NCBI GenBank assembly: GCA_041737355.1
Contig: JBGSRW010000006.1
Coordinates: 83,734 to 147,733 of the forward strand
Origin: Patescibacteria group bacterium
GTDB lineage: Bacteria > Patescibacteriota > Patescibacteriia > XYB2-FULL-38-15
Length of the DNA stretch: 64,000 nucleotides
Reading direction: 5' to 3'
The position numbers and the translations under genes are program-made. Position 1 is the stretch's first letter. Each line of letters begins with the position of its first letter. The notes below the pieces were generated by a model, which had not been told where the DNA came from, did no database searches, and saw only the letters and a list, made by a program, of their open reading frames with translations. Shown piece after piece: positions 39,096 through 47,905 of the stretch.

Positions 39096-39130
39096 CAAAA
39101 ACGAGCCGATAATTTCCGGCTCGTTTTTTG
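39096..39130. terminator. Bidirectional rho-independent terminator between the M23 peptidase and comM
   Basis: AAAACGAGCCG-ataatttc-CGGCTCGTTTTTTG with an A-run on the other side. Confidence 0.7.
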
Positions 39131-39135
39131 TTTGA

Positions 39136-40737
39136 TTATTCGGAGGCTTTTGCCCGATATTGCAACGCCTCGGCAACATGAGGCAAAGAAATTCTTTCTT
39201 CGCCGCCGAGATCGGCAATCGTCCGGGAAATCTTGAGCAGCCGGTAATAGGCGCGGGCCGACAAATGCATTTGGGTTACGGCATTTTTCAAAAACTCCTG
39301 ACTCGCTTCGTCAATCCGGCAAAACTCCTTGATTAACTTAGAGGGAATCTCGGCGTTGGTCATCACTTTTAATTTTTTATATCGCTCGCGCTGGAGTTTT
39401 CTCGCCCCCTCGACTCTTTTTTTAATATTTTCCGAACTTTCCGCCACCTGCGTTTCGGCCAATTTTTCAAATTTCACCCGCGGTACTTCGATGTGAAGGT
39501 CTATTCTGTCCAGGAGCGGGCCGGAAATTTTTTTCTGATAACGCAAAATCGCCTGGGGCGAGCAGGTGCAAAATTTTTCCGGATCGGTATGATATCCGCA
39601 AGGACAAGGATTTCTCGCCGCTACCAAAATAAATTTTGCCGGAAACTGCAAACTCCCGGAAGCCCGGGAAATTGTAACCAGTCCGTCCTCGAGCGGCTGG
39701 CGCAAGCTTTCAAGCACGGCCCGGCTGAATTCGGGAAGTTCGTCCAAAAATAGAACGCCGCGATGCGCCAAGCTAACTTCCCCCGGCCGCGGCCAGGTCC
39801 CGCCGCCGACCAAGGAAACGTTTGAAGCGGTATGATGCGGACTGCGGAAGGGCCGGCGGATAACAAGCGGCTGACCCGAGGGTAAAACTCCGGCAACGCT
39901 GTAAATCCGCGTTACTTCAAGCGCTTCATCGATCGAAAGAGCCGGCAAAATAGAGGGCAATGTTTTTGAGAGCAAAGTCTTCCCAGAACCCGGCGGACCG
40001 GACATGAGGAGGTTGTGCCCGCCGGCCGCGACAATCTCCAGGGCGCGCTTGGCGTACTCTTGACCGCGGACATAAGCCATATCGTAATTTTCCTCATCGG
40101 ATGTTTCTCCCTGATTAAAGTCAAAGGGTTCGGTCCGGGAAAACGGCGCTATCTGATTTTTCCCGGCAAGATGCCCGACCAGTTCGAAAAGATTTTTTAC
40201 CGAGATAATTTCCACTCCCTCGATCAGGCTTGCTTCCGGTGCGTTGGCCTCCGGAACATAAATATTTTTGATTCCCCTCGCCCTGGCCGCCGAAGCGATG
40301 GCCAGCATCCCGTTCACCGGACGGAGCATCCCGTCCAGGGCAAGCTCCCCGACAAAAAGAGAATCGGGACAAAATAAATTGGCCACCGGTTTGGCCTCCG
40401 GCAAAATTTCCATATTAACTCCGGCCGGCGCCGCTTCCACTTGCGGTAATTTTAAAAAACCCGAAGCCAAAAGAATACTTATGGCAATCGGCAAATCGTA
40501 AGAAGGCCCTTCTTTTTTCAAATCTGCCGGAGCGAGATTGACCGTTACTCTGGTTCTCGGAAAGGGAAGATTGCTGTTTTTTATGGCGGCCCGCACTCGT
40601 TCGCGCGATTCCTGAACGGCCATGTCCGGAAGGCCGACCACGGTAAAATGGCTTAATCCCCCGGAAATATCGGCTTCCACCTCAACCAATTCGGCATCCA
40701 GGCCGACGATTGCCGCGGATAATATTTTTGAGGACAT
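39136..40737 (-). CDS. comM: Mg-chelatase-like AAA+ ATPase ComM/YifB
   Basis: 533 aa starting MSSKILSAAIVGLDAELVEVEADIS (Lon-like N-domain), Walker A GPPGSGKTLL, and the C-terminal Mg_chelatase_C region. Confidence 0.9.
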   Translation of the reverse strand: MSSKILSAAIVGLDAELVEVEADISGGLSHFTVVGLPDMAVQESRERVRAAIKNSNLPFPRTRVTVNLAPADLKKEGPSYDLPIAISILLASGFLKLPQVEAAPAGVNMEILPEAKPVANLFCPDSLFVGELALDGMLRPVNGMLAIASAARARGIKNIYVPEANAPEASLIEGVEIISVKNLFELVGHLAGKNQIAPFSRTEPFDFNQGETSDEENYDMAYVRGQEYAKRALEIVAAGGHNLLMSGPPGSGKTLLSKTLPSILPALSIDEALEVTRIYSVAGVLPSGQPLVIRRPFRSPHHTASNVSLVGGGTWPRPGEVSLAHRGVLFLDELPEFSRAVLESLRQPLEDGLVTISRASGSLQFPAKFILVAARNPCPCGYHTDPEKFCTCSPQAILRYQKKISGPLLDRIDLHIEVPRVKFEKLAETQVAESSENIKKRVEGARKLQRERYKKLKVMTNAEIPSKLIKEFCRIDEASQEFLKNAVTQMHLSARAYYRLLKISRTIADLGGEERISLPHVAEALQYRAKASE

Positions 40738-40757
40738 ATTTTGAAAACTTAAAAATG

Positions 40758-41234
40758 CTAATTTCCAGTGCCTAAACTTTTTTGCTTGGAATAAAAAATT
40801 TCAAAAATTAAAGTCAGGCCGACTCCGGCCACGATATAAACATCCGCCAGATTAAAAATGGAATAATCAAAAAAACTTATAAAATCGACAACATAGCCGA
40901 AAAATAGCCGGTCAATCAAATTGCTGATTGCCCCAACAACGATCAGACTAAGGCAGGCAACCAAAAAATAATTTTTCTTCCGGTAATTTTTGAAAAGAAG
41001 CCAAATAATTACCGCCAAAACCGCCCCTATCAGGCCGTAAAGCAGACCGGCGGAAAGTTCAAGATTGAAAATCATATTAAAATTTCTGTAAAAAAGCAAA
41101 CCGCAAAATTTTTTTGACCATAAAAAAATCCCTTCTTCGGGAATTTTCAAGGCCAGCCATTTAGTCAACCGGTCGACCAAAAACAAAATGCTTATCAAAA
41201 AATTGATAAGCATTGTTTTCCGAATAAAAGACAT
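40758..41234 (-). CDS. lspA: Lipoprotein signal peptidase II
   Basis: 158 aa with 4 TMs and the conserved GAISNLIDR and FNLADVYI motifs. Confidence 0.8.
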   Translation of the reverse strand: MSFIRKTMLINFLISILFLVDRLTKWLALKIPEEGIFLWSKKFCGLLFYRNFNMIFNLELSAGLLYGLIGAVLAVIIWLLFKNYRKKNYFLVACLSLIVVGAISNLIDRLFFGYVVDFISFFDYSIFNLADVYIVAGVGLTLIFEIFYSKQKSLGTGN

Positions 41235-41235
41235 T

Positions 41236-41622
41236 TTATTTACCGCTTAGCTTCTTTTTACAATCCATACAGGCGGAAGAAACCGGACGAGCCTCGAGCC
41301 GTTTCGGGTCAATCGGCTTGCCACAGTAACGGCAAATCCCGTAAGTTCCTTCTTCTACCCTCTTTAGGGCATCATTAACGTCGCGCAGGGAGGATTCGAG
41401 GGTTCTCTCAAGAGTAAGATTATCGCTGTAAGCCGCAACTTCAGCCGCATTCTCGTCTTCGGCATCACCGAGAGACGGAAAGTCGGCATCGTAATCCGAG
41501 GCGTTATGCGGATTTTTTTTGGTAAATTGGGCCAATTCCGTTTCCAGCTTTTTCTTTTCTTCCAAAAGCTGATCCTCGATTTTCTTCAAAAAGTCTTTAT
41601 CAAGAGTGTTTTTTACTACCAT
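41236..41622 (-). CDS. DksA/TraR-family C4 zinc-finger transcription factor
   Basis: 128 aa with a coiled-coil N-terminus and a C-terminal CRYCGKPI...CMDCKK finger. Confidence 0.8.
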   Translation of the reverse strand: MVVKNTLDKDFLKKIEDQLLEEKKKLETELAQFTKKNPHNASDYDADFPSLGDAEDENAAEVAAYSDNLTLERTLESSLRDVNDALKRVEEGTYGICRYCGKPIDPKRLEARPVSSACMDCKKKLSGK

Positions 41623-41724
41623 ATAATTATCAATTTATGGCTTTTCGCATTTATTTAATAATAACCTCTTAGAATTAAGTATATATTAAGAACGGTTTTC
41701 CATCAACCCCCGGCCAAAAGACAA

Positions 41725-42084
41725 ACTTAAAAGGGCGCAACTGCGCCCTTATATAATATAATTAATAAATGGCCGTTGCGCCCTTATGACCCCGCGACAC
41801 ACCCTTTTGTCCTCCGGAGAGGATTAAAGAGATACCGGTCTTGGGGTAAGGAACGCTTCTTGCTGACTTCTAAAGCGAAGCTCCTCTACCGTTCTTATGG
41901 TGAGTCCAAAGGTGAACCCACCGAAAAGTCATTTTTGTTTTTGTTTTTGGTTCAGGTCCTGCCAGCTAAAGACCTTGACGAAGAGTAGAGAAGAGAGAAA
42001 TTTTGCCGAAACTTCCACCGGTGTCCGTTTGCCTCCGTGCTTTTACCGGGGTTTTCACCAAAACGTCTCCGATTTCAATGTTCT
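41725..42084 (-). ncRNA. Candidate ~350-nt non-coding RNA or long structured leader of dksA (identity unresolved)
   Basis: No ORF of at least 60 aa on the minus strand. A near-consensus promoter is immediately upstream (next feature). A 3' hairpin AAGGGCGCA-gt-TGCGCCCTT (41731-52) plus UUUU lies about 100 nt before dksA, and a GCGCCCTTAT motif repeats twice. Confidence 0.3.
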
Positions 42085-42090
42085 ATAAAT

Positions 42091-42120
42091 ATTATACCAC
42101 GAAAAAGCGGTTCTTGTCAA
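42091..42120 (-). promoter_or_regulatory. Near-consensus sigma-70 promoter (TTGACA-18 nt-TATAAT) firing toward lower coordinates
   Basis: Minus strand: TTGACA (42120-42115) + AGAACCGCTTTTTCGTGG + TATAAT (42096-42091). Confidence 0.5.
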
Positions 42121-42292
42121 TCCTCAAACTTTGGCTTATTTGAGAGAAAAAGGTTTTTATATCCACTCCGAGCCACGAGTTATCCCCAGAATAGACAACT
42201 TTATGTTCACAACTTATCCACATTTACTCATTTTTATTAACTTTTCCCGAAAAATATCAGCCGCTGCTCCGAATATTGAAAAAAACAGCCCC

Positions 42293-43381
42293 TTATTTCT
42301 TAGCGGCGGGTAAACTTATCCCAAAAATCGCTCCTTCAAAGTCGGAAGTCAGCCACTTGGCCCCTTTTTTAGCCAGATCTATAATATTTTCCCCATAATA
42401 ATCGGGCTGCCGTCCCAGGCGAACTAAAAAATTTGCCAACAAATCCTTGGATGTGGACAAAATCGTCTGCTTGCCCGAGGACGACAGAAAAAACTCCCGT
42501 TTCAGGTCCGGTACAGAGAGATACTCAACCTCTCGCCCGGATATTTTGGTCTTTCCGAAGACAAAGGCATCGGGGTTAGCGACAATTTCCCTGACTATAA
42601 CTCCGTCGGGCAATTTTTTTTCTCTGGTTTCCGGCAAGATGACGGCCAAAACGTTTTTGAGATAATCGCCGGCCTTTTTGGACAAGTAGCCGTTATCTGT
42701 CGCCAGAAGATACAGATATCCTGTTTCGTTTTTGGTTATTTTAAGCTGGTTTATTTCCCAAAAATCAGCTTTAAGTCCCGGAGCGGACAAATTTTCCCAT
42801 TTAAAACCGTTTCCGAGATAAAGCTGGACCGGAAAACGGCGGGAAGCCCGGTTCCAGGCAGCCAGTCTCCCTTTTTGGTCGGCCAAAGAAAAATTTTTCT
42901 GACTTAAGGCCGCCAAAACCTCTTTCAAGGCAAACTTGGTGTTGGTAATCGCAACTTTTCCCTCGTCTTCGACAATATAGTTGAAATTCTCTTCTTCCAG
43001 CTGGCCCTTCAATGTGTTGAAATCGGCCGGACTGAGCTTCCCCCAAAAAATAAAATCCTCAAAACCGGGCAAAACGGCAAAAGAAGTTTCAGAAGACTTC
43101 GGCGCGACGCTCCTGAAAAGCGTTTCGGCCTGTCCGGACGCCTCTTTGGAAAGCATCCTCTCGGAGATATCACGGAGCCAGGTTTCGTCAACCGATCCGC
43201 CGGCCGAACGGTGCCAAAAAATAACCGCTTGGGCCGGTGCCATATCCAAAAAATCATCATGGCTCACGAGAAAGCTGAAATAAACCCAGGCGGTTGCCGC
43301 CGCAACCGAACCGACAACCAAAAACCCTGCTGCAATTAGCAAGGTTTTTGTTTTATGTTTTTTGAAAAAGTCTAAAAGCAT
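42293..43381 (-). CDS. Hypothetical N-terminally membrane-anchored protein
   Basis: Trimmed to ATG 43381 (MLLDFFKKHKTKTLLIAAGFLVVGSVAAATAWVYFSFLV) with RBS AGGAGGAG; the longer ORF would overlap the pnp 3' end; 362 aa; no recognizable domain. Confidence 0.55.
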   Translation of the reverse strand: MLLDFFKKHKTKTLLIAAGFLVVGSVAAATAWVYFSFLVSHDDFLDMAPAQAVIFWHRSAGGSVDETWLRDISERMLSKEASGQAETLFRSVAPKSSETSFAVLPGFEDFIFWGKLSPADFNTLKGQLEEENFNYIVEDEGKVAITNTKFALKEVLAALSQKNFSLADQKGRLAAWNRASRRFPVQLYLGNGFKWENLSAPGLKADFWEINQLKITKNETGYLYLLATDNGYLSKKAGDYLKNVLAVILPETREKKLPDGVIVREIVANPDAFVFGKTKISGREVEYLSVPDLKREFFLSSSGKQTILSTSKDLLANFLVRLGRQPDYYGENIIDLAKKGAKWLTSDFEGAIFGISLPAAKK

Positions 43382-43397
43382 TTTTTGACTCCTCCTC

Positions 43398-45614
43398 TTA
43401 TCTTCTCGGCCTGTCGTGGTGCGGCCTGTCTGATCTTGGCCGGTCAAAACGCCTTTCTCCCCTGTCGCCGCCGTTGTCACCTTCAATCAGGCGTCTGATA
43501 GAAAGATCGACCCTGCCTTGTTCGTCCACCTTAATAACTTTTACTTTGACGACGTCGCCGATATTCACAATGTCGGTTACTTTGCCGACGCGGTAAGGCG
43601 CCAGTTCGGAAATATGGACCAATCCTTCTTTATGCGGCAAAATCTCAACAAACGCCCCGAAATCAAGGATGCGCGTTACCGGACCCTGGAAAATTTCCCC
43701 GACCTCGGCTTCCTGGACCAAGCTTTTTATCCAAGCAACGGCTTTCTCAAGCGCCGTAGGAACAGCGGAACATACCGTAACCATACCGTCGTTGGCTATA
43801 TCAATCGTCACGCCGGTATTATCAATAATTTCGTTGATAATTTTGCCGCCGGGACCGATGACATCGCGGATTTTATCGGGATTAATCTTGAAAGTAATAA
43901 TGCGCGGAGCATAAGGAGAAAGTTCCGGACGCGGCACGGCGATAGCCTGTCCCATGACGCCCAAAATCTCCATCCTCGCCTCTTTCCCCTGTATTAGGGT
44001 TTTTTCCACTATCTCAAAAGTCAGCCCGGATGTTTTTGTATCCATTTGAATGGCGGTAATGCCATTTTTTGTTCCAGCGATCTTGAAATCCATCCCACCC
44101 TTGCTGTCTTCCAAATCCTGAAGGTCGGTTAAAATTTTATATTTTCCCTTTTCGTCCGAAGCCAAGCCCATAGCAATCCCGGCAACCGGCTCTTTAATCG
44201 GCACACCGGCATCCATCAGGGCCAAAGTCGAAGCGCAGGTTGAAGCCATTGAAGACGAGCCGTTGGAACTCAAAACTTCGGAAACAACCCGGATGGTGTA
44301 AGGAAACAAATCTGTCTTCGGCAAAACCGCCAAGAGAGCGCGTTCCGCCAAGGCACCGTGTCCGATTTCCCGCCGGCCCGGACCGCGCAGAGGCCCTGCC
44401 TCGCCGACCGAGAAAGGAGGAAAATTATAATGATGCATGAATCTCTTCTTGCCGCTTACTTCCATTCCGTCCAAAGTCTGCTCATCGGCCGGAGAGCCGA
44501 GTGTCACGGCGGAAAGAACGTGCGTATCGCCGCGGGTAAAATATCCCGAACCATGAGTTCTCGGCAGCAAAGCCACTTCCGAGGAAAGAGGCCTTATTTC
44601 GGTTAGAGACCGCCCGTCAACCCTGATTCCTTTTTCCAAAATAGCCCGGCTGACTTCCTCTTCAACCAAACCATAGAAAAACTCCAGGGCATCTTTTCTC
44701 TTATCCTTGCCAATGCTCTCGGATTTTAAATACTCTTCGAGATCTTTCTCTATTTTATTTAGAACTTCCTGCCGCGAAGCCTTGGTTGATTTTTTTCCTT
44801 CAAAAAACTTTTCTGCCAATTCTTTCTGTATAAAATCTTTTACTTTTTTCTTCAGCCCGGCTTTTTCCGCGGCTTCTTCCGGATCTTCCTCGGCAATAGC
44901 CATTTTTTCCTTACCAACTTCGTCGCGGATAGTTTCAATCAACTTTATAATCGGTTTAAGATGTTTTTGCCCAAAAGCTATCGCCTCAAGAACGGTGGTT
45001 TCCAAAACCTCGCTCGCCCCGGCTTCAAGCATACAAACTTTTTCCGGAGTTCCGGCTACAACTACGTCCAGCAAACTTTTTACTCTCGCTTCATAGCTCG
45101 GATTAATGACCCATTCCCCGCCGACTTGTCCGATTCTGATACCGGCAATCGGCCCGTTCCAGGGAATATCGGAAATCGAAAGAGCGACCGAAGCGGCAAC
45201 CATGGCCGGAATATCCGAATCATTCTCCTGGTCCCAAGACAAGGTAGAGGTAACAACCTGAATATCGTTTCTGATTCGCTCATCAAAAAGCGGCCTAATC
45301 GCACGATCAATCAGGCGCGCAGTTAAAATTGCCTCGTCCGTCGGACGACCTTCGCGTTTGATAAAACGCGAACCTTTAATTTTTCCGGCGGCATAAAGTT
45401 TTTCTTCGTAGTCAACCATCAAAGGAAAGTAATCAATGCCTTCCCTGATGTTTCCCGACATGACGGCCGTGCCCAAAACCAAGGTGTCTCCGTAACGGAC
45501 CGTACAGCTGCCGTTGGCTTGGCCGGCAAATTTCCCCGTTTCCACAATTAAATTCTTGCCTCCCCACTCGATCTCAAATTTTTTTACCATAAAATACCTT
45601 TCTACGCTGACCAT
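43398..45614 (-). CDS. pnp: Polynucleotide phosphorylase
   Basis: 738 aa with two RNase PH domains, KH (IRDVIGPGGKIINEI), S1 (GEIFQGPVTRILDFGAFVEI) and an extra Arg/Asp-rich C-terminal tail (GDRGERRFDRPRSDRPHHDRPRR). Confidence 0.95.
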   Translation of the reverse strand: MVSVERYFMVKKFEIEWGGKNLIVETGKFAGQANGSCTVRYGDTLVLGTAVMSGNIREGIDYFPLMVDYEEKLYAAGKIKGSRFIKREGRPTDEAILTARLIDRAIRPLFDERIRNDIQVVTSTLSWDQENDSDIPAMVAASVALSISDIPWNGPIAGIRIGQVGGEWVINPSYEARVKSLLDVVVAGTPEKVCMLEAGASEVLETTVLEAIAFGQKHLKPIIKLIETIRDEVGKEKMAIAEEDPEEAAEKAGLKKKVKDFIQKELAEKFFEGKKSTKASRQEVLNKIEKDLEEYLKSESIGKDKRKDALEFFYGLVEEEVSRAILEKGIRVDGRSLTEIRPLSSEVALLPRTHGSGYFTRGDTHVLSAVTLGSPADEQTLDGMEVSGKKRFMHHYNFPPFSVGEAGPLRGPGRREIGHGALAERALLAVLPKTDLFPYTIRVVSEVLSSNGSSSMASTCASTLALMDAGVPIKEPVAGIAMGLASDEKGKYKILTDLQDLEDSKGGMDFKIAGTKNGITAIQMDTKTSGLTFEIVEKTLIQGKEARMEILGVMGQAIAVPRPELSPYAPRIITFKINPDKIRDVIGPGGKIINEIIDNTGVTIDIANDGMVTVCSAVPTALEKAVAWIKSLVQEAEVGEIFQGPVTRILDFGAFVEILPHKEGLVHISELAPYRVGKVTDIVNIGDVVKVKVIKVDEQGRVDLSIRRLIEGDNGGDRGERRFDRPRSDRPHHDRPRR

Positions 45615-45694
45615 CAGATTTTAGACTAGGTAGAATTAACTTAGCCTACCTATCCGACGGCCAAACTTTAGTTAGTTATTATTTATTTTTTATA

Positions 45695-46216
45695 TTATAT
45701 AATTGTTCTTTTTGTCCGCTGACTGATAAGATATTTTCTCTTATCACCAGAAAGATCGATAAAATTATCGACTGTTTCGGTCAATTTTGTCGAAGTCGTT
45801 TCGCGGAAAGCCATTGACTCGACCCGGCAACCTTTATTCATTTTTAAATACTGAACAAGCGGAATAAAATCCCCATCGCCGGAAACAAGAACGATTACGT
45901 CAAGCCTCTCGGCCAAAGCAATCGCGTCAATACAAATACCGACATCCCAGTCGGCTTTTTTCGCTCCGTCGTAAACCATCAGTTCTTTTTCTCTTGTTTC
46001 AAGCCCCAATTTTTCCAACGCATCAAAGAAAACTTTCTCTTCTCCGGTTTTTGTTTTAACAACGTAGGCAACGGCCCTGATTAATTTCCGATTTCCGACC
46101 GCCGTTTCCAGGATATTTCCGAAATTTACTTTTGCATTATACAAATTCTTGGCGGAGTAATACATGTTTTGCACGTCAATAAAAACTCCGACCCTTTGTT
46201 CTTTGTAGGTAACCAT
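45695..46216 (-). CDS. NYN-domain (LabA-like, PIN-related) protein
   Basis: 173 aa: GVFIDVQNMYYSAK ... IVLVSGDGDFIPL matches the NYN nuclease fold motifs. Confidence 0.75.
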   Translation of the reverse strand: MVTYKEQRVGVFIDVQNMYYSAKNLYNAKVNFGNILETAVGNRKLIRAVAYVVKTKTGEEKVFFDALEKLGLETREKELMVYDGAKKADWDVGICIDAIALAERLDVIVLVSGDGDFIPLVQYLKMNKGCRVESMAFRETTSTKLTETVDNFIDLSGDKRKYLISQRTKRTII

Positions 46217-46250
46217 TTTAAATGTTCAAAAAAATTAAAAAATACTTTGT

Positions 46251-46520
46251 TTAAATTTTGAGCTTTTCCAGAAGTTCGGTATGCGCTTTTTTGTCCTCGC
46301 GCTCGAGGTATTTCAGGAGTTTTCTGCGCTCACCGACTTTTTTTAAGAGACCGCGGCGTGAAGAAAAATCTTTTTTGTGCTCTTTCAGATGCTCAACGAG
46401 CTCTTTGATTTCCGCAGTCAAAATAGCGACCTGCACCTGGGGTGAACCGGTGTCGGTCGGATGAATCCGGAACTTCTCAATAATTTTGTCTTTTGCTTTT
46501 TTGTCTAACATACTTGTCAC
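46251..46520 (-). CDS. rpsO: 30S ribosomal protein S15
   Basis: 89 aa: TGSPQVQVAILTAEIKELVEHLKEHKKDFSSRRGLLKKVGERRKLLKYL is the S15 signature; conserved pnp-rpsO adjacency. Confidence 0.9.
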   Translation of the reverse strand: MTSMLDKKAKDKIIEKFRIHPTDTGSPQVQVAILTAEIKELVEHLKEHKKDFSSRRGLLKKVGERRKLLKYLEREDKKAHTELLEKLKI

Positions 46521-46667
46521 GGGTTGCCGAGTCCATCCTCCTTGGCCCAGCCAACCGTCAAATTAACAGGGCTTAATGCCCTTAAATGTAATAACATATT
46601 AGCATGCCCTTTCTAATTTGGCAAGCCTGCCCTATAATATAATTGTACGACGCTAATTAACCAGCCT

Positions 46668-47585
46668 ATGCCAGATTTGAATACTTTAACCACCGAATTC
46701 CTCGAATACCTGGAAATAGAGAAAAACCGATCCAACCAGACCGTGCGGAATTATAATTTCTATCTGAAACGCTTTGCCCAATGGGCCGGAAACGTCTCGG
46801 CCGCCGGGATTACCCAGGACATGGTCCGCCAATACCGCCTCTGGCTGAACCGTTTTGCCGACGACAAGGGCCGAACGCTCAAAAAAAACACCCAAAACTA
46901 TCATCTGATCGCCCTGCGCGCCTTCTTGAAATATCTTGCCAAGCGCGACATCAAAACCTTATCGGCGGAAAAGATAGAATTAGGCAAAATGCCGGAAAGA
47001 ATCGTTGATTTTTTGGAAGGGCCCGACCTTGAACGGCTGCTTGAAACCCCGACCCTTGCCGACTCCCCGGAAATTATCAAAAAAAGAGACAAGGCAATCC
47101 TCGAAATGCTGTTTTCCACCGGATTACGCGTTTCGGAACTGGCCAATTTGAAAAAAGAACAGGTAAATTTGAAAAAAGAAGAATTTACGGTCCGCGGCAA
47201 AGGTGACAAACCCCGGGTTGTCTTCCTCTCAAACCAATCAAAATACTGGCTCGGACAATATCTGGCCGCCCGACGCGACATGTCACCGTATTTATTCGTT
47301 TCCCACGACCGGGCACACGAAAGCGAGGGGGCCCTCACTCCCAGAAGCGTGGAACGGCTCGTCAAAAAATACTCCAAGGCCGCCGGCATCACCAAAAAAG
47401 TTACGCCGCATACCATGAGGCATTCTTATGCCACTGATTTACTGATGAACGGCGCCGATATCCGCTCGGTCCAGGCAATGCTTGGTCACTCTTCAATTAC
47501 TACCACTCAAATTTACACCCATATTACCAATCAGCAGCTTCGCGATGTCCACAAAGCCTTTCACGGACGGAAACGAAACAAATAA
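46668..47585 (+). CDS. Tyrosine recombinase, XerC/XerD family
   Basis: 305 aa with an N-terminal SAM-like core-binding domain (FLEYLEIEKNRSNQTVRNYNFYLKRF) and a catalytic domain with the R...HxxR...Y motifs (HTMRHSYATDLLMNGADIRSVQAMLGHSSITTTQIYTH). Confidence 0.85.
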   Translation: MPDLNTLTTEFLEYLEIEKNRSNQTVRNYNFYLKRFAQWAGNVSAAGITQDMVRQYRLWLNRFADDKGRTLKKNTQNYHLIALRAFLKYLAKRDIKTLSAEKIELGKMPERIVDFLEGPDLERLLETPTLADSPEIIKKRDKAILEMLFSTGLRVSELANLKKEQVNLKKEEFTVRGKGDKPRVVFLSNQSKYWLGQYLAARRDMSPYLFVSHDRAHESEGALTPRSVERLVKKYSKAAGITKKVTPHTMRHSYATDLLMNGADIRSVQAMLGHSSITTTQIYTHITNQQLRDVHKAFHGRKRNK

Positions 47586-47590
47586 CCGGG

Positions 47591-47619
47591 TTGACAATTA
47601 AAAATTTCCTTGGTAAACT
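47591..47619 (+). promoter_or_regulatory. Sigma-70-like promoter for the tRNA-Arg/tRNA-His operon
   Basis: TTGACA-17 nt-TAAACT, about 15 nt upstream of tRNA-Arg. Confidence 0.4.
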
Positions 47620-47633
47620 GAAAAATACTTTTC

Positions 47634-47708
47634 GGCCCCGTAGTTTAATGGATAGAACACTAGCCTTCTAAGCTGGATATCGAGGTTCGATTCCTCGCGG
47701 GGTCACCA
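47634..47708 (+). tRNA. tRNA-Arg (anticodon TCT), CCA encoded
   Basis: GGCCCCG TA GTTTAATGGATAGAAC A CTAGC CTTCTAA GCTGG ... GAGGTTCGATTCCTC GCGGGGTC A CCA. Confidence 0.85.
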
Positions 47709-47709
47709 T

Positions 47710-47781
47710 GGTGGCTATAGTTTAACGGTAGAACAGTGGGTTGTGGTCCCACTAGCCTGGGTTCAACTCCCAGTAGCCACC
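47710..47781 (+). tRNA. tRNA-His (anticodon GTG) with encoded G-1 and C73 discriminator
   Basis: G(-1)GTGGCTA ... anticodon stem GTGGG/CCCAC with loop TTGTGGT ... T-arm GGGTTCAACTCCC ... TAGCCAC C. It starts 2 nt after the CCA of tRNA-Arg; no CCA encoded. Confidence 0.85.
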
Positions 47782-47789
47782 CCTCAAAG

Positions 47790-47818
47790 CACTCTGCCCA
47801 TCGGCAGGGTGTTTTGTA
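47790..47818 (+). terminator. Candidate terminator after the tRNA pair
   Basis: CTGCC-catc-GGCAG(GG) hairpin followed by GTTTTG. Confidence 0.4.
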
Positions 47819-47905
47819 TTATAGGAAAATAATATATCAAAAAATGAACTATAAAATCCGCTCGGCTGAGCGGATTTTTAATATATTAGCACTGAGTTCT
47901 TCGGC

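Noticed and set aside
41725-42120. Assignment of the ORF-free transcript as tmRNA, SRP RNA or 6S RNA
   Set aside because: By eye there is no tRNA-like 5'/3' pairing with a T-arm and no ANDENYALAA-type tag frame (tmRNA). The SRP domain IV GGAA tetraloop consensus is not matched, and a 6S-like end-to-end hairpin is absent. It is left as an unassigned ncRNA or leader.
42293-43486. N-terminal extension of the 397-aa ORF overlapping the pnp 3' end
   Set aside because: An internal ATG at 43381 with an AGGAGGAG SD gives a start just after the pnp stop, with a TM helix immediately following.
46668-47785. Tyrosine recombinase next to tRNA genes as a possible integrase/attachment site of an integrated element
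   Set aside because: The protein has the XerC/XerD-type N-terminal domain and size. No flanking direct repeats, phage genes or compositional shift are seen, so a chromosomal dimer-resolution recombinase is more likely. The possibility is not fully excluded.
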